Positions 17,104 to 25,062 of a stretch of DNA of 32,000 nucleotides are shown here, in pieces. How positions within the stretch are numbered: the stretch's first letter is position 1; each line of letters begins with the position of its first letter. Under the pieces are notes generated by a model. It was not told where the DNA came from, made no database searches, and saw only the letters and a program-made list of their open reading frames with translations. Location of the stretch: assembly GCF_000010065.1 (NCBI RefSeq), contig NC_006576.1, forward strand, positions 2,520,001-2,552,000, written 5' to 3'. The DNA is from Synechococcus elongatus PCC 6301 (GTDB lineage Bacteria > Cyanobacteriota > Cyanobacteriia > Synechococcales > Synechococcaceae). Position numbers and translations under genes: made by a program.

Positions 17104-18702
17104 GTGAGCGATCGCGGTAGCGGCTACGCTACAGAGTCGAGGCGCTCGGGAATTTGGTCGATGCTGCGCAACACCAGACTGCTTTTGCTAGGCATCTTCT
17201 TGTTGGTTGCCCTAGGGCTGGTGATCTGGGTGATCGATGCCCTGCAGCGGCTCTATTGGCAGCTCTCCTACAGCTCACCGCTGCTGGCTAGCTTCCTCGT
17301 TTTTGTCCTAGTTCTGCTGATCGTAGCGGTGGTCGGCAGCCTGATCTATTCCTTCAGTCGCTTTGGCCGATCGCCCCAGCGATCGCAGCCGATTCAGCTG
17401 CCCGAGGTTAAAGCCGAGGCTGCTGAGGAAAATCTCAAGGCGGTGCAGCAGCAAGTCAACCAAATTGCGGACGAAATCGCTCGTGAAGCCCTACTGGAGC
17501 GATCGCGCCAAATTGCTGCAGAACTGGAGCGCGGCGAGCTGCGGGTGGTGATTTTTGGCACGGGCTCCGCTGGCAAAACTTCCTTGATCAATGCCCTGCT
17601 CGGTCGGATTGTCGGCAAGGTTGAAGCGACAATGGGCTCGACGGAAGAGGGGCGAACCTACCGCCTAGGGCTGCGCGGCGTCGGGCGCGACATTCTGATC
17701 ACGGATACGCCGGGTATTTTGGAGGCGGGTGTCGCAGGTCGGCTGCGGGAGAAACTGGCGCGGCAGCTGGCGGTGGAAGCCGACTTACTGCTCTTTGTGG
17801 TCGACAATGATCTGCGGCGATCGGAGCTAGAACCTTGCTTGGATCTGGCTCGCATTGGCAAGCGATCGCTGCTGATTTTCAACAAAGCGGATCTCTACGA
17901 AGACCGCGATCGCGAAGCGATTTTGGCGCGACTGCGAGAACGCCTCAAGGGGCTGATTCCGCCTAGCGACATCCTGACGGCAATCGCCAGCCCCCAACCC
18001 GTACGCCTGCCGGATGGCAGTTTTTTGCAGCCAGAGCCGGAGGTAACGACTTTGCTGAAACGGATGGCTGCGGTGCTGCGCAGTGAGGGCGAGGACTTAA
18101 TTGCCGACAATATCCTTTTGCAGTCCCAGCGCCTCGGTGATGAAACACGACAACTGCTTGATCAGCAGCGGCAGCGACAAGCGGAGCAAATTGTCGATCG
18201 CTTTCAGTGGATCAGCGCGGGTGTGATTGCCGTGACGCCATTGCCGGGGCTGGACCTGTTGGGAACGGCTGCTGTCAATGCTCAGATGGTGATTGAAATT
18301 GGCCGCTTGTATGACTGTGATCTCGATCGCGATCGCGGGCGGGATCTGGCCTTGTCGCTAGCGCGAACGCTAACAAGTTTGGGCTTGATCAAAGGGGCAA
18401 CGCAGATTGTGGCGGCGGCTTTGCAAACCAACGTGGCAACTGCCATTCTGGGTCGTGCAATTCAGGGCGTCAGCGCTGCTTATCTAACCCGAATTGCCGG
18501 CCGGAGCTTTATTGAATACTTCCGCCAAAACCAAAGCTGGGGCGATGGTGGCATCACGGAAGTGGTGCAGCAACAATTTCAGCTCAATCGCCGCGATGAA
18601 TTCATTCGCAGCTTCATTCAAGATGCCTTAGTCCGAGTCGTAGAACCTCTGGCTGCCAAGCTAGAAGGACGGTTGCTCCCCCCGGGCGATCGCTCGCGCT
18701 GA
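17104..18702 (+). CDS. Membrane-anchored small GTP-binding protein with C-terminal DUF697/YcjF-like region
   Basis: N-terminal TM helices. G1 is GTGSAGKTSLINALLG, G3 is DTPG and G4 is NKAD. The C-terminal part is hydrophobic (ISAGVIAVTPLPGLDLLG). The start is GTG at 17104; an alternative ATG at 17161 is possible. Confidence 0.85.
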   Translation: MSDRGSGYATESRRSGIWSMLRNTRLLLLGIFLLVALGLVIWVIDALQRLYWQLSYSSPLLASFLVFVLVLLIVAVVGSLIYSFSRFGRSPQRSQPIQLPEVKAEAAEENLKAVQQQVNQIADEIAREALLERSRQIAAELERGELRVVIFGTGSAGKTSLINALLGRIVGKVEATMGSTEEGRTYRLGLRGVGRDILITDTPGILEAGVAGRLREKLARQLAVEADLLLFVVDNDLRRSELEPCLDLARIGKRSLLIFNKADLYEDRDREAILARLRERLKGLIPPSDILTAIASPQPVRLPDGSFLQPEPEVTTLLKRMAAVLRSEGEDLIADNILLQSQRLGDETRQLLDQQRQRQAEQIVDRFQWISAGVIAVTPLPGLDLLGTAAVNAQMVIEIGRLYDCDLDRDRGRDLALSLARTLTSLGLIKGATQIVAAALQTNVATAILGRAIQGVSAAYLTRIAGRSFIEYFRQNQSWGDGGITEVVQQQFQLNRRDEFIRSFIQDALVRVVEPLAAKLEGRLLPPGDRSR

Positions 18703-18754
18703 GTGAGTCTGATTCCAATTACTTCTATCGACTACTCTACGATCGCCTCCAAAC

Positions 18755-18791
18755 TGAAAGTCCTCTCCCAAAAACTCGAGAGAGGAACTTT
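18755..18791. terminator. Hairpin between convergent genes (possible bidirectional terminator)
   Basis: gaaagtcctctc (18755-18766) pairs with gagagg-a-actttc (18779-18791) with one bulged A and a 12-nt loop. There is no strong T-run on either side. Confidence 0.4.
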
Positions 18792-18823
18792 CACGACGGC
18801 TTCGCTAGAAGACAGGCTGGAAT

Positions 18824-20851
18824 CTAAGCGGCTTGGAGACCACTGTGGCGCAGCAACGGTTCAGTGGCCGGTTCGCGACCTCGGAAGTCGACAAATACGG
18901 TGAGCGGATGTTGGCTACCACCTTGGGCCAGCACCGTATCGCGGAAGCGGCGACCTAAGCTTTGCACGGCTGCTTCATTGCTAAGGTCTACTTCTTCAAA
19001 AGCAGAAAAAGCATCCGCACTCAGCACTTCTGCCCACTTATAGCTGTAGTAACCCGCCGCATAGCCGCCGGCAAAGATATGTCCAAAGGAGCAGAGGAAC
19101 GCATCATCGGGGAGCGGCGCCAGTACCGAAGTCTTGGCCGCAATGCGATCGCGAACCGCTTCGACTGTCTCTGTTCCTTGCGGATCGAAGCGATGGTGAA
19201 GCTCTAGATCCAGCAGGCTGAAGTTGATCTGGCGCAGCATTCCAGAACCCGCCATGAAGGTACGGGCCGCCAGTAGTTTTTCGTAGTAAGCCTCCGGTAG
19301 CGGTTCGCCGGTTTGCCAGTGACGCGCCATGCCGAACAGCGTGGCTCTGTCGTAACACCAGTTCTCCATGAACTGGCTGGGCAGCTCCACCGCATCCCAC
19401 TCGACATTATTAATACCGGAGCAACCGGGATGGTCGACGGTCGTCAGCATGTGCTGCAAGCCGTGACCAAATTCATGGAAGAGCGTTTCCACTTCTCCAA
19501 AAGTCATCAGGCTGGGTTGCTCACCCACGGGCGGTGTCTGGTTACAGATTAAATAGGCAACGGGATTGCGACTGATGCTGCGATCGCCCAGTTGGAAACG
19601 CGCCCGCCCCAAGCAGTCATCCATCCAAGCGCCCCCCCGTTTTTCGGGGGGACGGGTGTAGGGATCGAGGTAAAAAGCCGCGATCGCTTCTCCCTGTTCG
19701 TTCTTAACTTGGAAGTAGCGAACATCGCTCTGCCAAATTGGAGCTTGGCCATCCGCTGCTTCGATCTGAATCCCAAACAGGCGTTGGCAAAGACCAAATA
19801 GCCCTTCCAGTACTCGCGGCAGGGGGAAGTAGGGGCGCAGTTCCTCGGCATTGAAGGCAAACTTAGCTTCCCGTAGTCGCTCCGACCAAAAGCTGATATC
19901 CCACTGTTTGAGATCGTCGGCTTCAGGTGCCCCTTGCTCACGGGCAAACGCTTTGAGGGCTTCCAAATCTGCGATCGCGGCATCCCAGCTGGCAACTCTC
20001 AGTTCTTCCAGCAGCCCTTCAACCGCTTCCACAGACGGAGCCATCTTGCTAGCAAGGCTCAGCTCAGCATAGGTGTTAAAGCCCAACAGTTGTGCCTTCT
20101 GGCGACGCAGCTCCAAAATCTGCTGAATCAGAGTCCGGTTGTCTAGGTCACCTTCGGTGGCGCGGCGAATGTAAGCCCGATAGACCTGCTCGCGCAGATC
20201 GCGCCGCTGACTATATTTCAAAAAGGGGCCAAAGCTTGGGAAGTCGAGGGTGATTCGCCAAGGGCCGGCTTCGGGTGTTGCCTCTGTTTCACCAGCGGCT
20301 TGAGCAGCTTGAGCCGCCAAGGCCAGCAAACTCTCGGGCAGCCCAACAATTTCTTCTGGTGTGGTCAACGTCAGGCTAAAGGCCTTGGTGGCATCCAGCA
20401 CATGGTTGCCCCCGCAGAGAATTGGATTAGGAGAAATGGCTTGAAACTCATCCTCTCCTAAGTATTTTTTTATCCAGCTGCTATTGACTTTACAGTTTGC
20501 GATTAGCTGAGGTTCCTCGGCAAATAAAACCCCTTGGACACCAAAAGGGTCAGATTGGAAATAGACATCGCGAGCATCGCTCAAGAGAATTTCATCTGCT
20601 TCGATTCTCGCCAAAATCTCCTTGGCAATAAAGAAACGGCGAAATACCATTTCAGCTGGTTCACCTTGAAGGTTCACATCAACGAGTTTGACCCGAGGTG
20701 AACTCAATAACTGATGACGGAGTTGGGCTGAAGGACTTGATGCAATTAAAAGAATATCTGCTGAGGTGTTACGGAGTGCAGAAGTTAAGAATAGGTCAAT
20801 TTTGTCGTAGGTATAACCCACGATTGCTGAAAGAATGATGTTTTTTGCCAT
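18824..20851 (-). CDS. M3-family oligopeptidase A-like zinc metallopeptidase whose N-terminal ~148 aa are replaced in frame by an unrelated low-GC module
   Basis: From about aa 149 onward (NHVLDATKAF...ITLDFPSFGPFLKY...RGGAWMDDC...HEFGHGLQHM...ELPSQFMENWC...FAGGYAAGYYSYKWAEVL) it follows the OpdA/PrlC pattern, including HEXXH. Residues 1-148 (MAKNIILSAIVGYTYDKIDLFL...LLSDARDVYFQSDPF...NSSWIKKYLGEDEF...ILCGG) do not resemble the M3 N-terminal domain. Confidence 0.8.
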   Translation of the reverse strand: MAKNIILSAIVGYTYDKIDLFLTSALRNTSADILLIASSPSAQLRHQLLSSPRVKLVDVNLQGEPAEMVFRRFFIAKEILARIEADEILLSDARDVYFQSDPFGVQGVLFAEEPQLIANCKVNSSWIKKYLGEDEFQAISPNPILCGGNHVLDATKAFSLTLTTPEEIVGLPESLLALAAQAAQAAGETEATPEAGPWRITLDFPSFGPFLKYSQRRDLREQVYRAYIRRATEGDLDNRTLIQQILELRRQKAQLLGFNTYAELSLASKMAPSVEAVEGLLEELRVASWDAAIADLEALKAFAREQGAPEADDLKQWDISFWSERLREAKFAFNAEELRPYFPLPRVLEGLFGLCQRLFGIQIEAADGQAPIWQSDVRYFQVKNEQGEAIAAFYLDPYTRPPEKRGGAWMDDCLGRARFQLGDRSISRNPVAYLICNQTPPVGEQPSLMTFGEVETLFHEFGHGLQHMLTTVDHPGCSGINNVEWDAVELPSQFMENWCYDRATLFGMARHWQTGEPLPEAYYEKLLAARTFMAGSGMLRQINFSLLDLELHHRFDPQGTETVEAVRDRIAAKTSVLAPLPDDAFLCSFGHIFAGGYAAGYYSYKWAEVLSADAFSAFEEVDLSNEAAVQSLGRRFRDTVLAQGGSQHPLTVFVDFRGREPATEPLLRHSGLQAA

Positions 20852-20985
20852 TCAGCCAATAGCCCGCCGCCTCTTCACTCGGGCTTGATTGTAGAGCAGA
20901 ATTGTTGTCCGTTCTGAAAGGCTCTTGGAATTCTCTTGGCTGGCCGAACGGGCACTCTCAAGTTTGGATGGCAACTGTTCTAAGC

Positions 20986-21417
20986 CTACCCAGCGCAATC
21001 GCTGCCCGCTTTGACCAACGTTTTATAAAGGCGCTCAGTTAAACCCGACTGATCTTGCGCTGGCACGAATGCTTCTCCAGGCTGTTCTGGCACCCAAGGC
21101 AAGGTCATGGCGATCGCAGGGAGCCGCGTCTCAACATTGATGCGATCGGGTTGCTCTGGAACTTCACCGAGCAACAAGCGCTCATAGTCTGCACTGAAGT
21201 GGCAGTTGATCTGCCCGCGCCGCTGCCACAGAGCAAGGATTTGTGCGATCGACACCCAGCGGTAACGGCCTTGGTAAATCGCCTCGACTGTGGCGGGATA
21301 AATCCAGGCTTCAGGGTGGTGCGATCGCAGTTGCTGCAAGACCTCTGCTGCTCGCGCTGCCGACAGCTCGAAATAGCGTTCTAACAAGGCAATAACGGCA
21401 GTACGGGTAGAGGTCAC
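20986..21417 (-). CDS. Conserved hypothetical protein (143 aa)
   Basis: GTG start preceded by GGAG with a 7-nt spacer. Native-looking composition. No family recognised. Confidence 0.6.
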   Translation of the reverse strand: MTSTRTAVIALLERYFELSAARAAEVLQQLRSHHPEAWIYPATVEAIYQGRYRWVSIAQILALWQRRGQINCHFSADYERLLLGEVPEQPDRINVETRLPAIAMTLPWVPEQPGEAFVPAQDQSGLTERLYKTLVKAGSDCAG

Positions 21418-21512
21418 AATAAGCTCCAGGGCGATTGTTCCCAGATGGCCGAATAAAACGGTAAAAGTCTCAGGCGGTACAATTTTGCTGCTGAGGGTTC
21501 AACTCAACATCC

Positions 21513-21530
21513 CAGTTTTCGCGAAAACTG
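21513..21530. repeat. Perfect 18-bp palindrome CAGTTTTCGCGAAAACTG in an intergenic region
   Basis: Read directly from the sequence. It lies between the stop of the LptD-like gene (21624) and the start of the 143-aa gene (21417). Confidence 0.9.
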
Positions 21531-21623
21531 AGCTCAAAATTTGGTAAAAAGTGTAGCAAATTGCTCACGAGCAGTTGTTACTTAGACTACTACTCTGTGT
21601 TCAACTCCCAAGTATCGAGCTGG

Positions 21624-23816
21624 CTAGTTTCCTCCTCCCAGACCCTGCCAATCAAAATCATTGAGTTGAATTGCCAAAATTCCTACTTGTTGATCGGGGT
21701 TGTAGCTCAAAGAGACGCCAAAGGCACGGCGACTATATTCCAATCGATAGGTAGTGTTGAAGGCTTGGTTGGTATCGAGGTTGATCGCACTAGTGACCCC
21801 AACCAAGAAGGGACCAAAGAGCTGTTGGGTAGCCCCTAACACTAAAACATTGCGATCGACGAGGCGATCGAAGAGGAAGGGTGAGAAGCCTTCGCCGGTC
21901 GATCGCAGATAATCAACGCGAAGATTGGTGTAGTCAAAGAAGTCCCCGGCAAATTTACCCAGGGTTAAATCTGCCCCGAATCGATAAGCGATCGAGTTTT
22001 GACTAGTACCATCGCTGTAATTCGAAATAACCCCCGTAATTTCGGGAACGATGCGTAATCCTGGCGAAACCGGCGCAGACGTGTAGCGTAGGCCCGCATC
22101 GGGGGTTGCTGGCAGGGCCTCTTCGCGCCACAGCGTAATGGGCAACGCTAAACCCGTCTCGAGCTGAAAACGATTAAGGTTTGCCAGGGCCGGTGAGGGT
22201 TGCGTGCCGATGAGGTTGGGCTGATCAGTCAGAGCAAGTAGATTTTGATAACTGGCTTGGAACCGGAAATTGAGTCCGTCAATGCGAGGGAAGGTGGTAC
22301 TAGGACTGACGCCAGCGAGGGCGAGCAAATCGAGTCGACGGGTCTCTAGAGTGAGGCCATAGCTCTGCTGAACGGTTTGCACCCCTAAGGATCCATTAAA
22401 GCGGCGTTCACGATAGCGATAGTTGAGCAAGATATCAAAGAAGCCAAAGTCCTGCCGCAAGTCAGAGCTAATCCGGCTTTGGGTGCTGAGGTTCTCGGGA
22501 TTAAGGCTGGCGAGATTAGTGATCAAGCTGAACTGGGTATTGGGAGCCAAGTTGGCATTCAAGCGCCCCACCAAGCCAAAGGCATCGAGGGGATTGACCG
22601 AGTTGACTTCCACATCGTTGCCTAGTTCGCGGCCTCCCCCTGCTAGGTTAATCGCCCGCTGCACCAAAAACTGGGGCGTGAGAGAGAGCTGCAGATTATT
22701 CTCGTTAATCACCGAGAACTCTCGTTCTAGAAAGGCCCCGTTGCGATCGACGCCATCAAAGCCAATGGTGAGAATTCCCCCTTCTCGCTCCTGCACCACG
22801 CTGTTGTTATCCGGCAGTGGAATGCGGAGGCTATTTTCTAGGACTAAACCGGAACCGAAAATACCCAGACTGCCGAGGCCATTGGGTGGCGCTTGATAGG
22901 TGGCTTGAGCAGAGCGAATCTCGGCCTGGGGTGGTGCAAATGGATCATTGGTCAGGGCAATATCTTGGGCTGTCCAGCCATCGGGACGCAGGTCAAGACG
23001 ATCGGCCTGAAAACGGACATTCTGGACGCCACCGCGAATATCGAAGCCACTAATCTGGGTGGGTAGGACGGCCCCAGGATTGGTCAAGCTCTGGAGGTCG
23101 CTGGGGTCGGTGTATTCCCCGCCAAAGGCAGAGGTGACCAGCAGTTGGCCAATGCGACGCACATTCGTGACCGGCTGCTCAAGTTCTTCAACCGATTGGA
23201 TGCGATCGGCAATATCCGTGCTGGGTGGAATAGAGGGATCGAGATCGCGCTCACCGGTAGGGCCTGTGTTAAATCGCCCTTGCGCATTGAGTAAGGTTCC
23301 TGTCTCTTGGAGCAGGTTGTAGGTAAGCTGGCTGCCCCGTGCCACCTGCTGCCCCCGCAGTAACCAAACCCGCCCCTCAGCCTTGAGGGTGTTGGCCTGC
23401 AGGTTGACTTGAATTTCGTCAGCAAACAGGACGCCACCGCGAAAGCGCAGGGATGCCCGACCTTTGGCAATCACCAATTGGCGTTCGCCATCAAAGCTTT
23501 GGCGATCCGCCTGCAACCGCACAATCCCCATGGATTCTAGGTTGGGCAGCGCCGGGGTTGTTTCGGCAGTCGGTGGGGGTGCAGTTGTTGGGGTTGTGGC
23601 GGGTTCTAGCGGACTGACTGCTGGTGCTGGAGTGGGTCGTCGCAGTCTGGGTCGAGCAGGGGGAGGACTAGGACTAGCTTCTGAAGAGGGGGGGAGAACA
23701 GAGCCTGGCGCGGCAGGACTGGCGGTGGCCGGAGCTTGAGCGATCGCCGGCTCCACAACCTCAGCGGGGGCTGCTACCTCGGCAATAACCGGAGTGGGGG
23801 GCAAACTGTCGAGCAT
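21624..23816 (-). CDS. Outer-membrane LptD/OstA-like protein (OstA N-terminal domain plus large beta-barrel-like C-terminus)
   Basis: 730 aa. Ala/Pro-rich N-terminal region, then an OstA-like segment (VRLQADRQSFDGERQLVIAKGRASLRFRGGVLFADEIQVNLQANTLKAEGRVWL). The long C-terminal part has alternating beta-strand-like patterns and ends in an aromatic-rich tail. Confidence 0.8.
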   Translation of the reverse strand: MLDSLPPTPVIAEVAAPAEVVEPAIAQAPATASPAAPGSVLPPSSEASPSPPPARPRLRRPTPAPAVSPLEPATTPTTAPPPTAETTPALPNLESMGIVRLQADRQSFDGERQLVIAKGRASLRFRGGVLFADEIQVNLQANTLKAEGRVWLLRGQQVARGSQLTYNLLQETGTLLNAQGRFNTGPTGERDLDPSIPPSTDIADRIQSVEELEQPVTNVRRIGQLLVTSAFGGEYTDPSDLQSLTNPGAVLPTQISGFDIRGGVQNVRFQADRLDLRPDGWTAQDIALTNDPFAPPQAEIRSAQATYQAPPNGLGSLGIFGSGLVLENSLRIPLPDNNSVVQEREGGILTIGFDGVDRNGAFLEREFSVINENNLQLSLTPQFLVQRAINLAGGGRELGNDVEVNSVNPLDAFGLVGRLNANLAPNTQFSLITNLASLNPENLSTQSRISSDLRQDFGFFDILLNYRYRERRFNGSLGVQTVQQSYGLTLETRRLDLLALAGVSPSTTFPRIDGLNFRFQASYQNLLALTDQPNLIGTQPSPALANLNRFQLETGLALPITLWREEALPATPDAGLRYTSAPVSPGLRIVPEITGVISNYSDGTSQNSIAYRFGADLTLGKFAGDFFDYTNLRVDYLRSTGEGFSPFLFDRLVDRNVLVLGATQQLFGPFLVGVTSAINLDTNQAFNTTYRLEYSRRAFGVSLSYNPDQQVGILAIQLNDFDWQGLGGGN

Positions 23817-23930
23817 TGCAGCCAGTCGATTTCAGCCCAACAATACTACCGTTCCTGCCAAGCGAAGCCGGGCGACACCAGACACCGCCTAGACTGACCC
23901 CCAATCGCTCCAAAACTCATTCACAAGACA

Positions 23931-23958
23931 AAGCCACCCGCAAATTTGCCGGTGGCTT
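23931..23958 (-). terminator. Terminator hairpin downstream of psbI
   Basis: aagccacc (23931-23938) pairs with ggtggctt (23951-23958). The loop contains the sub-palindrome gcaaatttgc. On the minus strand the stem is followed by TGTCTTGTG, a moderately U-rich tail. Confidence 0.55.
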
Positions 23959-23984
23959 CTATGGTGATTGGCGTAAAACAGAAC

Positions 23985-24104
23985 CTAATCTTCGAGGTCT
24001 TTACGGCTCGGGGTCCGGGCCGGGTCACTCGACAGGAAGCCGAAGACGAAGAGAGCAACGAAGAAGAGTACGACGACGTAGACCGTAACCTTCAAAGCCA
24101 GCAT
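23985..24104 (-). CDS. psbI: Photosystem II reaction-centre protein I
   Basis: Not in the ORF track because it is under 60 aa. Hand translation of the minus strand gives [39 protein letters not shown] (39 aa plus TAG). This closely matches the conserved PsbI pattern (..LK..VY.VV.FF..LF.FGFLS.DP.R.P.RKD.E). GGAGA lies 11 nt upstream of the ATG. Confidence 0.9.
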   Translation of the reverse strand: MLALKVTVYVVVLFFVALFVFGFLSSDPARTPSRKDLED

Positions 24105-24216
24105 TATTAGGGTTCTCCGCGAGCGTCAGAGCCGTCCAGGGGGAGAGCGCCACAAGCGCTCAACAGCCCTCTCATCATACCTGAGCCGATCCCCCATCCT
24201 GAGCCTGTAACGGAAG

Positions 24217-25026
24217 TTAGTGATCCCAAAGTGATCGCAGCCATTGCCAGAGCCGGAACAGGGCTTGCTCACACCAGGCGATCGCTCGATCGAGCCAGTC
24301 CACGAGGAACTGAAGTGGGTGGCGAATATAGCCCACGCTGGTGACTTGGGCATCCAGTGTGGTGTCGGCGATCGCAGGCGGTAGACCTATCCGCGGTGGG
24401 GTTCCTGCGATCGGTGGGAGAGAGATTGTTGTTGCTGCCGGTAGCGGTAAGGGTTCGGGCGTCGTAACTGCCGTCAGTTGCAAAACTTGCGCCAACGGTC
24501 GGAACGGCAGAAGTAAGAGCGATCGTAGACCGCGGAGTCCGAAGCGACGGCGGGAACTGAGCAGTTGGCGGCGTTGGGCTAACCACCAGACCAGCCGTTG
24601 TTGCAGCAATAAACGCTGCTCGGAGCTGAGAGACACAAGTTGATTGTGGTGATCGACTAGCACCAAGCTGCGATCGCTTAAATCAGTAGCAACGCCGCGC
24701 ACGATCGCGCTAGGAGGGCGTCGTTGCAGCCAAGATCGGGGCGCATCGGCGAGCCGAAAAGTCCAGCGCTGGGCGATCGAGAGGACATCTTGAACCGGAT
24801 GATCACTCGGTAGAGCTGTAGACTCTGCGGTCGATTGCCCAGCCATCGTCGGAGCCTGATCTCGCGATCGCCAGAAGGCGAGAAAGGGTACCGCTAAGAG
24901 TTCTAGGGTCCAGCGCGAAAACAGCTTGAGGCCGCGCAGTTTTTGGCGCACACGATCGCGCCACTGCCGTCCTTGGCGGAGGATAAGATTGAACAGCCGA
25001 CTCTGGTAGGGACCTGCGGAAGTCAT
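24217..25026 (-). CDS. Hypothetical protein (269 aa from the first ATG)
   Basis: The track ORF extends to a TTG at 25116. The first ATG is at 25026 (MTSAGPYQSRLFNL...). One hydrophobic helix (WTLELLAVPFLAFW), an Arg-rich region, and a Pro-rich C-terminal third. No family recognised. Confidence 0.5.
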   Translation of the reverse strand: MTSAGPYQSRLFNLILRQGRQWRDRVRQKLRGLKLFSRWTLELLAVPFLAFWRSRDQAPTMAGQSTAESTALPSDHPVQDVLSIAQRWTFRLADAPRSWLQRRPPSAIVRGVATDLSDRSLVLVDHHNQLVSLSSEQRLLLQQRLVWWLAQRRQLLSSRRRFGLRGLRSLLLLPFRPLAQVLQLTAVTTPEPLPLPAATTISLPPIAGTPPRIGLPPAIADTTLDAQVTSVGYIRHPLQFLVDWLDRAIAWCEQALFRLWQWLRSLWDH

Positions 25027-25062
25027 GCCGGATTGCGGAGACGACCCGATTCTATCCCGCTT

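Noticed and set aside
20922-20939. CTCTTGG-AATT-CTCTTGG direct repeat containing an EcoRI site (GAATTC, 20928-20933) just upstream of the chimeric ORF; considered as a cloning scar or insertion target duplication
   Set aside because: It is a 7-nt repeat with a single restriction site and no vector-like, marker or inverted-repeat sequence nearby. This is easily chance, and there is no evidence for engineering or a mobile element.
23816-24088. 90-aa plus-strand ORF between the LptD-like gene and the hypothetical gene
   Set aside because: It overlaps psbI on the opposite strand. Its C-terminus ([15 protein letters not shown]) is simply the antisense reading of the PsbI hydrophobic helix codons.
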